This document shows, in pieces, positions 23,712 through 36,252 of a DNA stretch of 64,000 nucleotides. A program made the position numbers and the translations under genes. The first letter of the stretch is position 1; each line of letters starts with the position of its first letter. Source of the stretch: Hormiphora californensis (lineage: Eukaryota; Animalia; Ctenophora). The stretch spans positions 8,432,001 through 8,496,000 of the forward strand of contig CM035353.1 in NCBI GenBank assembly GCA_020137815.1, given 5' to 3'. Below the pieces are notes generated by a model. That model saw only the letters and a program-made list of their open reading frames with translations, did not search any database and had not been told where the DNA came from.

Positions 23712-25921
23712 ATTACACACATGTTGTCGTTATGGGTGGTAACCAAGGTTACACACATGTGGTCGTTATGATAACCATGGTTACACACATGTGGTAGTTA
23801 TGGTAACCATGGTTACACACATGTGGTAGTTATGGTAACCATGGTTACACACATGTGGTCAGTGATCTAATCGTTGCGAGGATTTTTGCAAAAAGGGATG
23901 ACTGATTTCACTGCAAATTTCCTAAAATCCATATTAGGACATCTTATACTACTTGAATTAATTTAAAATTTGGTATACTTATGTAAATATGTTTAAATTA
24001 GTATACTACATGTGTTTTAAACCTTCAACTCAAATAATGTGGAGCCCAAAGGCAAAGATGCTAAATGCTCCCTGGATTTTCGAGTTTTATCAGTATGACA
24101 GTCGGATATATGCAAATGTCTAGATAATCGATGAAACTGAACCGTAATTACCGAAGAGTAAAGGTTTGCTCCTAATATGCGGAGCCATAGCTGCTTGAAG
24201 GGGTAGCTTTTTTTAATGCCCATTTGAGGTAAGATAAACATAATTGTATCTTCTAAAATTAATAGAACTTCTTTCATAAATGTTAAAAATAAATCTCCAT
24301 GCTAAAAAATGTACCCTGATATGCTCATATTGTGTGGAGCGGGTGTTATATTCATGGGTCCAAATTATTATTTTTTACTTCGATACTTTGCGGGTTCAAT
24401 TCACAAGCAATCAAACTAAAAACGTATGCTAAGTGGTAACAATAACATACCAGTACATATTTCATCACTAATTTAATCTTATGACTCAAAATTTGTGGAG
24501 CAAATCACGATTTCCCCCTCCATTTTCGCAGTATAAAATATCTACTTGAATATCAACATAATAAGCTTTATTTGCATCAAGATAACGTTCATCGGACCAT
24601 AATATTACAGAAATAACATTGCCAAATCATGGGACTCAAATTGTGTGGAGCAGTTACACATAAAACCTTGGAATACCATCAGTTACTTTGGCCTTGACAA
24701 ATCGAGTTATATTACAACCAATTGAGTATTTAACCAAATATTAGCTATAATTTAACCAAATATTAGTTATAGCCTTACTCAAAATCAGGGGAGCAATGAT
24801 TTTCCTCTCTGAGAATCAGAAACAGAGCATGCCATAAGGTTTTGGGCGAATTTTATGACTGTCTGGACACAAATACGGCTCCTTTAGGGGCTCCTCCACA
24901 CAATTTGAGTAACTTTTTGTGGTTAAAATGGTAAATTGTTGGTGCCCAATTATCTGTACATCTTATTTTCAAAATCAAGAACCGGTTAAACCGCAACTCA
25001 AACGATGTGGAGCAGTTTTTGTCAAAAAATCAGTATTTGCTCCACATATTTTGAGTTAGTATCTTCGAAATACACAAGAATCTTGCTCCACTATCATTTT
25101 CCTAACTTAATTGACTTATTTCAAGAAGCTACTCCTATTACTTTTTGATTTATTACTCTATTTGGAAGTATAGCTGCAGATCTTCCGTCGATTAAATTTG
25201 GAATAAATTATCGGCTAGGAAAAATCAGCTCCACACAAATTTGAGCAAATGTTTTGATCAAGTTAATGACTTAAAAAGCTCCTAAAATGTCTCTAGAAAC
25301 TAATAGTTTATGAATAAAATGTAAAGTAAATTTAAGTAACCCCAAAGAGTAAGATTTGCTACAAAAAATCGATGTGCTCCGCACAATTTGAGTTCCTGAC
25401 TTTTAATTTTTAAACGGTATAGCTAGAAATAATTTGATTGTATATTTACTAAAATTTCAAGGAGAAAGGATGAAAAACATCTCCTCTAGAGGGGGCTCCG
25501 CAGAATTTTGCTCCACACGTGTTTAAACGGCTATAACTTTGCTTTAGAGCAAGTAAATATGTTCTAGTTTTCACAGAAATTTAGAGTAAACAATTGTACA
25601 CCGGTCTAGTGGTATTATGAGTACCAGTAATAATAGGAGCATATTTAAATATCTAAATACAAATTTGTGAAAAATCCTCGCAACGATTAGATCACTGACC
25701 ATGTGGTCTTTATGGTAACCATGGTTACACACATGTGTTCGTCATGGTAACCATGGTTACACACACATGTGGTCGTTATGGTAACCAAGGTTACACACAT
25801 GTGGTCGTTATGGTAACCATGGTTACACACATACATGGTCGTTATGGTAACCATGGTTACACCCATGTGGTCGTTATGGTAACCATGGTTACACCCATGT
25901 GGTATTTATGGTAACCATGGT
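23712..25921. repeat. ~32-bp minisatellite (ATGTGGTCGTTATGGTAACCATGGTTACACAC) interrupted by the TIR element
   Basis: About 4-5 units to the left and about 7 units to the right of the insertion. Each unit contains the palindrome GTAACCATGGTTAC. Confidence 0.9.
23857..25700. mobile_element. 1844-bp AT-rich non-autonomous DNA transposon with 31-bp perfect TIRs and apparent 4-bp TSD (ATGT)
   Basis: TIR GGTCAGTGATCTAATCGTTGCGAGGATTTTT at both ends. ATGT at 23853-23856 and 25701-25704. Many internal TGTGGAGC/GCTCCACA motifs. Confidence 0.85.
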
Positions 25922-25926
25922 CACCA

Positions 25927-27937
25927 CTACATCATGATTGAGTCACAATATTCCCGGTATCTCTGATTGTACAGCTCCTTTTCTTTTTCAGTCATCTTCT
26001 CAACGTGCTCCCCCTCAACCTCTGTGAGAGATATCGGCCGACCTGTAACATTGGGGGTGTTAGTGTTAGCAGGGAAACAAGAGATATTGGCGGACCTTTA
26101 ACATTGGAAACAAGGGTGTTAGTAGGGAAATAAGAGATATTGGCGGACCTAATATGGGAGATGATTGTCACACAGGGAATATATCTTCTAATTTGCACTC
26201 ACCTTGCACAGTTACAATCCACTCATCCTCATCCTCATCCTCCTCTTCCTCCTCTCCCTCTCCTGGGTTTATAGGAGAGGAGGAGCCACTAGTGGGGGCA
26301 GAGGACGCATTCATCTCACTCTGAATGGATGGAATTTATACTCTTTTTGAGTTTTGTGTTGAAGTAGAATCTATGTAGTGATGAATATATGTAGTGAGCA
26401 TGAGCGAGATGGTTACCATGGTTACCTGGATTAGCTGTGATATATAGTCCTCCTTGCCAATGTTAGGTAGCACACCACTTATAGCACTCTGTCTTGAAGA
26501 GGACACTGGCTCGTGGGTCAAACTATCATTACTATTTGTGTTGACAACTGTACTCTCAGCCAGCCATACAGGCAACTCCTTCTTTTGCTGCTCCTGTTTC
26601 TCTCTTTCTCCCTCCAGGCTCACCTTTATACTGCTCTCCTGTGGGAATGGAGATGTTTATGAAGGAGCAGTAGAGAGTTGGTTATGTTTATGAAGGAGCA
26701 GTAGAGAGTTGGTTATGTTTTTTGAAGGACCACTGTACCTGATACAGATTATATTCCTTCCTATTACTCTGCCATAACGGTACATTCCTCGTCTTCTTTT
26801 CTGCTATTTTCAGTTTCAAAGGTTCAGGTGCCAACAACTCCTCTGATAGTTTAGTTTTCTCGATCAACTTGAGACCCTCCGTGAAGGGTTTAGTTTGGTC
26901 GTTAAACAGACTCACTAGACTCCTGTCTTGGAGGCTTTTTAACTGTACCTCATCCTCAACTAATGGTGTATCACAGTGGATGCAGAGTAGCTGACCTGTT
27001 GTTGGATCAAACAGGTCCTTCACATCTAGATCACTGAACCTGATGGGGAGAGGAGGTGGGGAGGGGGACTAAACAATGTGAGGTTAACTAGTTGAGTTAT
27101 CCAAGCTAAGAAGGAGAGTTAGAAACTCTAATAATACTGAGGGTAATAATACCTCAGGTTACAAGCTGTACAGAGGTGAAACTGACAGTCCTGGTTTAGC
27201 TGGTCATCCTGGTCTACCTTCTTCCTCATCCTGTCTAGCTTATACTTGACTACATCAACAAACACCTTGTAACTGGAGGGAGAGAGTGTGAGGGAGAGTG
27301 AGAGAGAAAGAGAGAAAGAGAAAGAGATGGGTATGGTAGTAATGATAACCTACTTTACAAAATAGTAGTTGAACTTTAGAGTCCCCCCTCCAGGACCCAC
27401 CTCCTCCTTGTCTCCCTTAGTAATGGACTTTATCAGCTTATCCTTCTTTATCATCTCTATACTAGACCGAACCTGAAACAGAGGATGTCCGGTTATTACC
27501 CGGCCCAGAACTACTAGAAATTCGAGGTTGCCGGCAACTTCTAGAAACTAGAAGGTACCGGTCAATTAACTGAACTCTTGTGACAAATCACAACAACACC
27601 GCCTATCTCACATCTAGTATTGATTTACCGATTTTTTGTCAAATTTGAGGAGCTCTATGAGATCGTCTTCTCTTAAACAGGGATGTTTAATTAGAACATC
27701 AATAATTAGGGCCTCCTCGGGATTGTAAAACGCAGACATCACCATCTTGATCAACCTCACAAAATCTGGGGAGATCTCTAGGGGAGAAGGGGGTTAGATA
27801 GATGACCGTCACTAGGGGAGGGAAGACTGTTAATAGTGATTTTGATTCGTTTGTTCTAAGTTCGCTAAAGTTAGGGCAGAATTGATTGAGTTTTTACCTT
27901 TCAAGCCTTCTTCTACATCTCCTTCTAGTTTTGACAT
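25927..27937 (-). CDS. GTF2E1: General transcription factor IIE subunit 1 (TFIIE-alpha), multi-exon
   Basis: Exons LIIDVLIKHPCLREDDLIELLKFDKK, NYYFVNYKVFVDVVKYKLDRMRKK, zinc ribbon DLFDPTTGQLLCIHCDTPLVED, ELPVWLAESTV, an acidic tract, and C-terminal MTEKEKELYNQRYREY. Confidence 0.92.
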
Positions 27938-27983
27938 TGCTATGGAAAGAATTTAGTTTGGACTGGGACTGGAGTTGATGTTA

Positions 27984-28025
27984 GTTACGAAATAACCCCT
28001 CCCTTGCCAGGGGTTATTTCGTAAC
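27984..28025. other. Perfect 17-bp-stem hairpin between AP4M1 and GTF2E1
   Basis: GTTACGAAATAACCCCT-cccttgcc-AGGGGTTATTTCGTAAC. Confidence 0.8.
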
Positions 28026-28363
28026 CAAGGCGACAAAATCATTACAAAACTAATCCAATGTGTGTATGTACAAAAATATCTTTACGACTGAACCAGCAGT
28101 CAGGGTCCAGCAAAATCAATAATTATAGCAATCAAGTTCTCTAACTAGCACGTTTCATGTCTTTCTCTCCTTAACTAACTCCCCTAATATCACTCCCAGC
28201 AATAATATACAATATCATGAATCTTCAGTTTTAAAATTAACAAAATCAATGGATCAGCTTTCTCTCTCCCTTTGGTGACGCAGCCACCCCTCTACTACCA
28301 GCAAACGAAGCCCACGAAGACATACGACAAGAGGGGATGGCATCACCAATCTCCCTCCCTCTC

Positions 28364-30690
28364 TCATACTCGGAAGATGTAGTTGGTACCATGACTAACA
28401 CTCCGAGCCCACTTGTAGGGGAGGTAGTTCTGACGCTGCTCCGTTACCTGCAACAAGGCAGGGTATTAGAGAGGATATTAGGAAGGGGGGGGGGTGGAGA
28501 TATTATAGAGAAGGATGGTAAGAATGGTCCGAAATAGTTCCCATCCATGAACTACCTTGAGTTTCTTGATGTGAATATCACTGCAGGTGTAACTCTGACA
28601 TTCGAACAGTAGGGAGATGGGTCCAATGTTAGAGGTTGGGTTCTCCGGCCATTCACCCAGCGGTTTTATCTGAAACAGGTCGTGTACTATCAGCTATTTC
28701 TGGATGTGTCTATCTGGACGGGATTGAAACGGTTCCTAGGGGGTATCTATTTCCCCTACCTTCAATTTAATTTGTTTCTCTTGGTTGCCATCCATGTATG
28801 GAACCTGCCACTGAACTATCCTCTTGCTCGCGGAACTAACAGTACTCGTCCGGTCGGAGGATTTCACACTCTCCAGATCATATGGGAATGGAATAACTAG
28901 GGATATCGACTGGCACCTAGTGGGGGGGGGGTTCGTTGGAGAGAAGGGCAAGGAAACTCTCTCTACAAAATTCCCCTTAAAAATTTTTTTGTTGCCCTGG
29001 GGAATGGTATTTTTAAAATTTTTAAAAAGGGGGGGGGGGAAATTAAAACCGCCCTATTGAAAAAGGGAATTTTTTTCCCTTTAAAATTTTTTTTAGTTTT
29101 GCTCCCCTTTTGGTACCGAAGGAAGGGTAGGGGTTTTATTCCCCAAAGGAGGGTAAAATTTCGAAAAAAACGGGTCCACATTGTTTTTCAAACATTTTCA
29201 TGGCGGGGGGGGGAAAATTTTTTGAAAAATAGAGGGAAGAGGTTTAGGATTTTAAAAAAGGAAAGGAGAGGGGGGAAAAAGTGGGGGAAAAAAACCCGTT
29301 AAAGGGAAAAAAAAAAAAAGAGGAGAGAAAGGGGGGAGGGGGAAGGGGGGGGGAGAGAAGAAAAAAAGGGACCAAAAAAAAATTCCCCTTTTTGGACTGG
29401 GGGGGAAAAAAAAAAAGAAAGGGGGGGGGCCCAAAAAAGGGGGGGAAAAGGGGGAGGATAAGGGGGAAAGAAAAAAAACCTAATTTTAAAAAAGGGGGGG
29501 GGGTTTCTTTTTTCCCCCTTTTTCACAAACATCCAAAAATAAAATTTTCCCTGAAGGGTAACAATTAAACTTCCAAATTATTTTTTTTCTTCCCCTTCAT
29601 TTTTTCTACACCCAAGGAAGGGGGGTTTTCTTTATTTTTGCATGAAGGAAAACCCCCCCCAAAATTTTTTTTGGGCCCTTTCCCCCAAAATAAATAAAAT
29701 TATCCCCCCAAAAAGGGCCCCCCGGGAAAAAAGTGAAAAGTCCCGCAAAAAACCTGAAAAAATTTAGGCAAAAATTTTTTTTGGGGGGGTTCCAAAAAAT
29801 TTAAGGGGTTTTTTACCAAAAAAATTCCCCCGGATGAAAAAGGGGGCCGGGCCAATTTTCCGGGGGGAAAAAAAAAAGGGTTTTTAAAACGAGGGGAAAA
29901 ATTTTTAAATGAAAAGAAGAGAAGATAAAAAAAGGGGAGGGGTAAAAGAAGGAAGAAGAATTAGAAGAAGAAAGAAAAAAAAAAAAGGGGGGGGGTTTTT
30001 TTTTGGGGGGGTTTTTTTTTTGGGGGCCCCCCCCCCTTTTTGGGTTGTTTTTCGTGGGGGGGGGGGGGCCCCCCCGGGGGGCCCCCCGGGGGGGGGGGGG
30101 GGGCCCCCCCCTTTCCCAAATCAGAATTTAAAAATCTGCATCCGAACCCTTTCCCTCCATAATAAAAGGAAAAATTTGCCCTTTACTTGGGGGGCCCAAA
30201 ATCCTTTATTATTTTAAAGGACGGTGTGGGTCCTCTAACCCCTCTTTTTGCGATAGGTTTGAAAAACTTGTGTGAGTTCCCGAGTCGAGTTTGGCAATAC
30301 AGCTACCTTATTATTATCATCATTAGCTGTTATATTTTATATATTTACCCGATATTTTGTTGAGTGATTCGATAATATAGAGAGGTGAGAGATTCTCCTT
30401 CGCTAGGATAACCACAAAGAACATGCCACCTCGGTATACTGATACGTAGGTGCACCCACCTAGGGGAGGGGGGTTAGAAACTGTACTCTATAGGGGAGAG
30501 GGAGGATTATTGTTAAACACATTACTGTCCCCCACCTACCTGCAATAAGTACGGGAGGTATTTTCTGGGGCCCATTCTGCTTTATCTTCTCAACAAATGG
30601 ATCTGTAACGGATCTATCGTGTTCCTGACGCATATTCTTGAATACAATAACCTCCCCGATATTGGAGAGAATAAAGAACACGGATATCAT
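28364..30690 (-). CDS. AP4M1: Adaptor protein complex AP-4 mu subunit; central part lies in low-quality sequence
   Basis: N-terminus MISVFFILSNIGEVIVFK matches AP4M1 MISQFFILSSKGD. C-terminus FECQSYTCSDIHIKKLK|VTEQRQNYLPYKWARSVSHGTNYIFRV matches the AP-4 mu ending (HTCSGLQVRFL...HKWVRHLSHSDAYVIRI) better than the AP-3 mu ending. Confidence 0.8.
28900..30250. other. Low-quality, homopolymer-inflated sequence inside AP4M1
   Basis: Abrupt switch to long G/C/A/T runs where the conserved middle of the mu subunit should be. Confidence 0.8.
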
Positions 30691-31313
30691 AGCTAGTGGT
30701 GGGTATTAGAGATGTTAAGTCTGGATTATAATAGTGGTTTATAGAATTAGAGAGATCTCCTAACCTGGATACTTTGTGTGTAACAGTGGATAACTAGGAT
30801 TTGAGGAAAACTGTCTATGTAGAAGTGTCAAGTGTGGTTAGTGGTGTACACTATTATACAGTGCGTGTAGTTACAACTGTAGTGTGTATTTTAGTGTATT
30901 ACACTGTCAGGACTGGTCTATATTTTATAGTGTCTGTGCAGTTGTGGTGGGATGACATTGCGCGCTCACAACACAAGAAGGACCTCGCGCGCTACACACA
31001 TGACTGTGTGTTTGTGTGACACGCAGGGTGACACAATCAAGGGGGTGAACTGTGTGACACATTTCCATGGACCGTCTGTGTGACCTGTTTGTACATGTCA
31101 CAACAAGGAAACCTGGTCTAGAAAACATTATAGAACAAACTAGATCGATACAAGAACATAAAAAGCTCCCAAGTTAGGAGGATTATAAGTTAAAAAAGTT
31201 AAAAAGTGAAAAAGTGAAAAAGTTTAAAAAGTTGAAGCTTCCCGCACAACAATACCTGTGATCCAGTTCAGTTACCGGCTGGTGGAATTCCAGAACGAAG
31301 TCACACGGCGATG

Positions 31314-32198
31314 TCATCCCTCAGGGTCGGTTCTGAGGACGCCTAAGTCACGATCTGGTCTTCCTGGTAAAGTCTTTCTCGCTCGAAAAGTGAGTTTTAC
31401 CTTCGCAATAAGCAACTTATGATCAGATCCTAGGGAGCTCAGCGCCTCGGACGTGTCGGTGTCCTTAATACTACTCCTCCACTTCTTCCTTATTAGTATG
31501 TAATCTAGGGTGGCCTTCTGCTGTTTCCCGTCCGCGGACGGGACGTCTGACAGGAATGTCCACAAACGACTCTTCTTCTTCTGGAATCTAATGTTAGCGG
31601 CCTCCAAGTTGGTTTCCTCCATAGTTTCCTTGAGAAGGACACCGTTACGGCTGGTGGTACGGTGATAGTACCATCCAGAGAGAGCTCCTTCCCAACCCAT
31701 GCAACAGTTAAAGTCACCACAAACAATCAGGAGATTGTGAGCAGGTAATCCGTGTATGTATTCCCTTAGCTCGTTATGGAACTGCTCTACTTCATCAGAA
31801 TCGGCATCCTCTGTTGGTGAGTAGACGGTAACAAGCGTTAGTTTGGGATTGCCGGCGAAGGTGATGGCCAGGATCCGATTAGAAACCACTCTTGTATCAA
31901 TGATGAACTCCGATAGGTTGGTCCCCATTAAGATTCCTACCCCTCCCACAGACTCACCCATACTGTTCTGCCAGGCTGATGATGTAAACAGAATTGAGTC
32001 TGGCCCAGCCTGGGTTCTCTTAACGTCCTCTTGATGGACTATTTGGTGCCCCTGAATACACAAGAATCCAATGTCATGTTTACAGAATTTAGAGAATTTT
32101 TCAGCCAGCTCGCTGACTTTGTCAGCTGTTAGGAGTGTTCTGCAGTTGAAGGTGCCTATGCGTGTTCCGCGTAAAACTTTATTCATGGCTATTACCAT
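31314..32198 (-). mobile_element. Non-LTR retrotransposon (RTE-like) apurinic endonuclease (APE/EEP) domain ORF, no RT attached
   Basis: 294-aa ORF with RIGTFNCRTL, GVGILM, RILAITF, TLVTVYSPT, GDFN, SRNG, LDYIL and SDH motifs. The usual QE reads QG. The ORF stops just after the endonuclease domain. Confidence 0.85.
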
Positions 32199-32480
32199 TC
32201 TAGTAGAAAGATGATTGTTCGATCACTAAAACAACTATCTGGACATTGCTACATAGGGAGAGGGGAGAAGGTTAGGTAAAGTTGAATGAAATGACAGAGA
32301 TCAAAGATTGTTAAACATGCAAAAAGAATTTAGCCAAAGGAACAGGAAAGAGGGGAATTACACAAAATCACACAATATTTATCTCATAAACAGTTTTGAA
32401 AGTCTCTCTCTCTCAGATCTCTCCTTTTCCAGTAGCAGCAAAGAACTATATAACAAAATATATATTCAACTATATTACTG

Positions 32481-34047
32481 TTACGTTGAGAAGAACAAGA
32501 TAACGACAACTATCATTATGACAAGGAGGATCCCAATAATCAGGTTCTGCTTCTTTCCGTCAACTTTCTCAAGGATTTTATCAACCTGGGGTGATAATGG
32601 GGGTGATATGGGGGCTAGATCACAAACAAGAAAAAAGGGAGCTGGGAGGGGCCTCAACTTAGCAAGTAGCAGTCTAGTTCAGTATTGTAAAGGATTATAG
32701 GGCCCATTATTGTAGGGGTTTACCTTTTTCTGAACACTCTGCATTCGTTTCTCAGTTTGTGACATATCCGAGTAGAAATCATCCAATAACTGGTTCTGAT
32801 CCTCCACTTCATCTCCAATAGCAGTACCAATCTGCTTCAACCGTCCTATACTTTGACCAACAATGTTCAACTGCTCGTCCTGTTCTCGCATTATCTGTTG
32901 TTGTTGAGTCATCGACTTTTCAATAAATACCTAGATAGGGGGAAGGGGGTTGTGAACTGAATAAATACCTAGATAGGGGGAAGGGGGTTGTGAACTGTGA
33001 GGTAGAAAGGGGGGAATAAGGGAGAACGAGAGAACGGCTCAATATTAGTATCAGTACCTCGTTACTCCTGTTGTTAGCTTGTTGTGCGGCTGTATACCGA
33101 TCAATGCTTATCTAAAAGGGGGGGGGGTGTTAGCTATTATATCCGGGATATATACAAACATGTAGTTTTTAACTTTCAATTTCAAAAAAGAGAAGAACAG
33201 AATAATACATGATATAAGATATTGTGCCACTATATGTACTTGTTCGTCGCTTACGCTAGTAGAAGCACTGCTATACTGAGGGTTATTCAGGCTGGCTCTA
33301 ACTGCTTCACACTGATCTTTTGACATCTGTATAAAACTCTTCCTGTTACGCAGTTCATCTTCTGTAATATTGAACCTGGGCAGGGATGGGTTCAGTTATC
33401 AGGGGGACAGGGAGGGAGGTTAGAGGGAGGGATTATTAGAGAGAGAGGGGAGTTAGGTTAGGGGAGGGATGGGTTCAGTTATTAGGGGGACAGGGAGGGA
33501 GGTTGTAATGGAGAGATATGGGGGATACATCATACAGTAGCAGTCTGCAGACCTGCATCTAAATGCTGTCACACCTACCTGTGTCTATCTAGCTCAATGG
33601 AAGATACAGCCTCCTCTAGATCCAAGATATCTCCCTGTGTACTTTCTAAAGCGTTCATTATCTTCCCTGAGAAAGGGGAGGATATTAGTCGACTAATAGT
33701 GGACAGAAACTCACTAAATACTACGCGGGGATGGTAAGCAACAAGCATGAGCGGATAGAATGGTAGCTACTCGTTGGTATGTAAATACTACGCGGGGATG
33801 GTAGATGAGTGGATAGAAAGGTATTTAGAATCACCAGTTGATTACTCATTGTTAAGTTCTAACCCTCCTCGCGGGGCGTGGAGAGGGGGTCGATCGAGGC
33901 AATTTACTCACCCTTTACAGCTGTTCTCTCCTGTTTAGCAACACTGCTAGTACCACTAGCTAGTTTCTTCCACCTCTCTAGGTTCCTGTTCATCTCCGAT
34001 ATAGAGAGCTCCGCATCCCTCTTTACTATTAGAAAGGGGTCCTCCAT
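32481..34047 (-). CDS. STX6: Syntaxin-6 (Qc-SNARE), multi-exon
   Basis: Start MEDPFLIVKRD, GDILDLEEAVSSIE, FNITEDELRNRKSFI. SNARE motif QQQIMREQDEQLNIVGQSIGRLKQIGTAIGDEVEDQNQLLDDF. C-terminal TM anchor LIIGILLVIMIVVVILFFST. Confidence 0.9.
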
Positions 34048-34267
34048 TGCTAGCTACTGGGCTGTAGTGCTACTTAGTACTTGAACTAACTGGTACTGGG
34101 GGCTGTACTACTACTGGTACTAAGATATTCTGGTTCCGCTGCTACATTGACATTGTGCTAGAAGGAATTTAAGGAGTTAAAAACTACCAACAACAATTCC
34201 AACACAACAACTAGTTAGCTTGTAAAAATATCTCGATAACTTAACACAGTATAAAAACACAATGTAT

Positions 34268-35955
34268 TCATTGTTCTCTATCCCTTGGTTTTGCTGTCTT
34301 CTCCTCTTCTATCTCAATATCTGTATCAGACTTTAGAGCTTCCACAGGAGCCCCATCACCAACATACCAATCCTTGAACTCTGGAGAGGGATTGTTGGTA
34401 ACACATCTTTTAAAAGAGAGGGTCCAGCAAGGGTTAGGATTTGAAAGGAGGTATAAGTATTTGGAAGGAACACTGGAGTTGCCTGACACTGTGTTCCGAA
34501 AAAGTATGAACAATCCAAATGAATGAAGATGATCGACGATAGTAGTTAAAAGTGGATCACCTACCGTCGATTCTGTCAGCCCAGTTATCCTTTATCGGAG
34601 TTATAGGTTTAGGTTTTAACCTTTCTTCTCCATACTTATCTAAATACTGTTGTAGCCTCTCTTCGTATGGAATAGGATTATGTTCCTGAAATCGGTACCA
34701 TATATGGGTGGAACAAGTAATTCAAAATTAACAAACATTTGAAGTGAATAGAAATCTGCGAGATTGATAAATTAGCTAAATAACTAAACTACCTTACTCT
34801 CGTTTTTTAAGAAACGCTTTAGTAAGAAACTTTTTTATAAGAAACTTTTCAAATGTAAATCACACAATTCAGAGACACCACAACAAAATAGAATACCCCT
34901 AACTTGTTTAGTTTCTTGATAAAGGAGAAATTCTTTTTGTTTTTGGATTGCTTACACCTGTAGTTTCCTAGAAAAAAAAGTTTCTTATTTAAAAGTTTCT
35001 TGAAATATGCGAGCTTAATTAACGAGAGTAAGGTATTTGATTGATAATTAAACTAAACAACTATTACCGTTTGTGCTTTTTGTAGCTTTCTCTGCTGTTT
35101 CAAGTTCTCTACAAATTCCTGTATCGGTTCCTGTAGCTTCTGTGTAGCTGTCTTCACCTGAAACATACAGATACAATAACAGTCAACACAACCGGCACAA
35201 CATACAGATACAGATACCATGGAAGTACAAAATACAATAGAGACTGATTTTAAACCAACACTGTACAGTGTACAGTGTACACAGAACTGTTTTAGTTACA
35301 GTTTTAGCTTTAGATAATGTGTGTGTCATATTGTTGTTACCTCTCCATAGCAGACCTCACACATAAAGTAGACCCGGCGTGGTGCACCACACACACTGCA
35401 CGTAGTTACTGGCATATCAAGTGGGACCTGGGAGGAGAGGGGAGGAGTATTATAGATAGTTGTTTAGTGGGACATGCGGGCGCGGGGGAGGGGTGTGTTG
35501 TGTTATCAAGTGGGACCTGGGAGGAGGAGTATAGTTGTTTAGTGGGACCTGGGAGGAGGAGTATAGTTGTTTAGTGGGACCTGGGAGGAGGAGTATAGTT
35601 GTTTAGTGGGACCTGGGAGGAGGAGTATAGTTGTTTAGTGGGACCTGGGAGGAGGAGGAGGGGCGTGTTGTGATATCCATCTAGGTTTTTAGGTGTTTAA
35701 TGACCCAAAATGTTATACCTTCCATGCCATTCGCCGTTCAATACGTTTCATCTTTTTCGACTTTTTCCGTTTGGGAACACCCATTAGTAAGATGGAGCTC
35801 TCCTTTTCAAATGTATCCAATACCCACGACTCCCTCTCTGCTTGGTGTGTGAGAGGTAGAGTGTTGTGGAGGTGTGCTACTACAGGGTAGAGGTATCTCC
35901 TGGCTACATCCTGAATACACTGGTCTAACACCGCCCCTACCACCTTGGTTAGCAT
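34268..35955 (-). CDS. MRPL32: Mitochondrial ribosomal protein L32 (bL32m), 5 exons
   Basis: Presequence, then MGVPKRKKSKKMKRIERR, then zinc ribbon CSVCGAPRRVYFMCEVCY. Exons about 35955-35719, 35427-35341, 35157-35068, 34685-34563 and 34380-34268 are phase compatible. Confidence 0.8.
34790..35035. mobile_element. Tc1/mariner-type MITE in an MRPL32 intron
   Basis: TACCTTACTCTCGTT ... AACGAGAGTAAGGTA terminal inverted repeat with TA ends. Confidence 0.7.
35410..35660. repeat. 32-bp minisatellite duplicating the MRPL32 exon-2 acceptor
   Basis: GTGGGACCTGGGAGGAGGAGTATAGTTGTTTA units. The minus strand reads cccag|GTCCCAC in each copy. Confidence 0.85.
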
Positions 35956-36252
35956 ACTGGTAGCTACCGAGAGAGAGAGTGGGGGAGATATTATATAGGC
36001 AGCTAGGAGAGAGAGTGGGGGAGTTATAATATTAGGGGAGATTATATTGGGGTAGATTGGGTAAAAAAAATAAAAGGTTATCAAAGTGTAATAATTAATT
36101 GTAACAATAGATATAAACGGATGAAGTGTAAAATGCCGTGCTCGATCCTCTCTCCCTTCGAAAGTTGGGTTTGAACAAAACAAAAAATAATAATGGTGCA
36201 GCTAATCTCTGATAAAGCTGGTCAAATCTTTAAAAAACAAACACTCTCCTCC

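Noticed and set aside
28900-30250. K/G/F/P-rich ORFs in homopolymer-rich DNA (also 59199-61335)
   Set aside because: Most likely low-quality base-calling. It replaces the expected conserved AP4M1 middle.
28364-30690. Initial call as AP3M1
   Set aside because: Both termini match AP-4 mu better.
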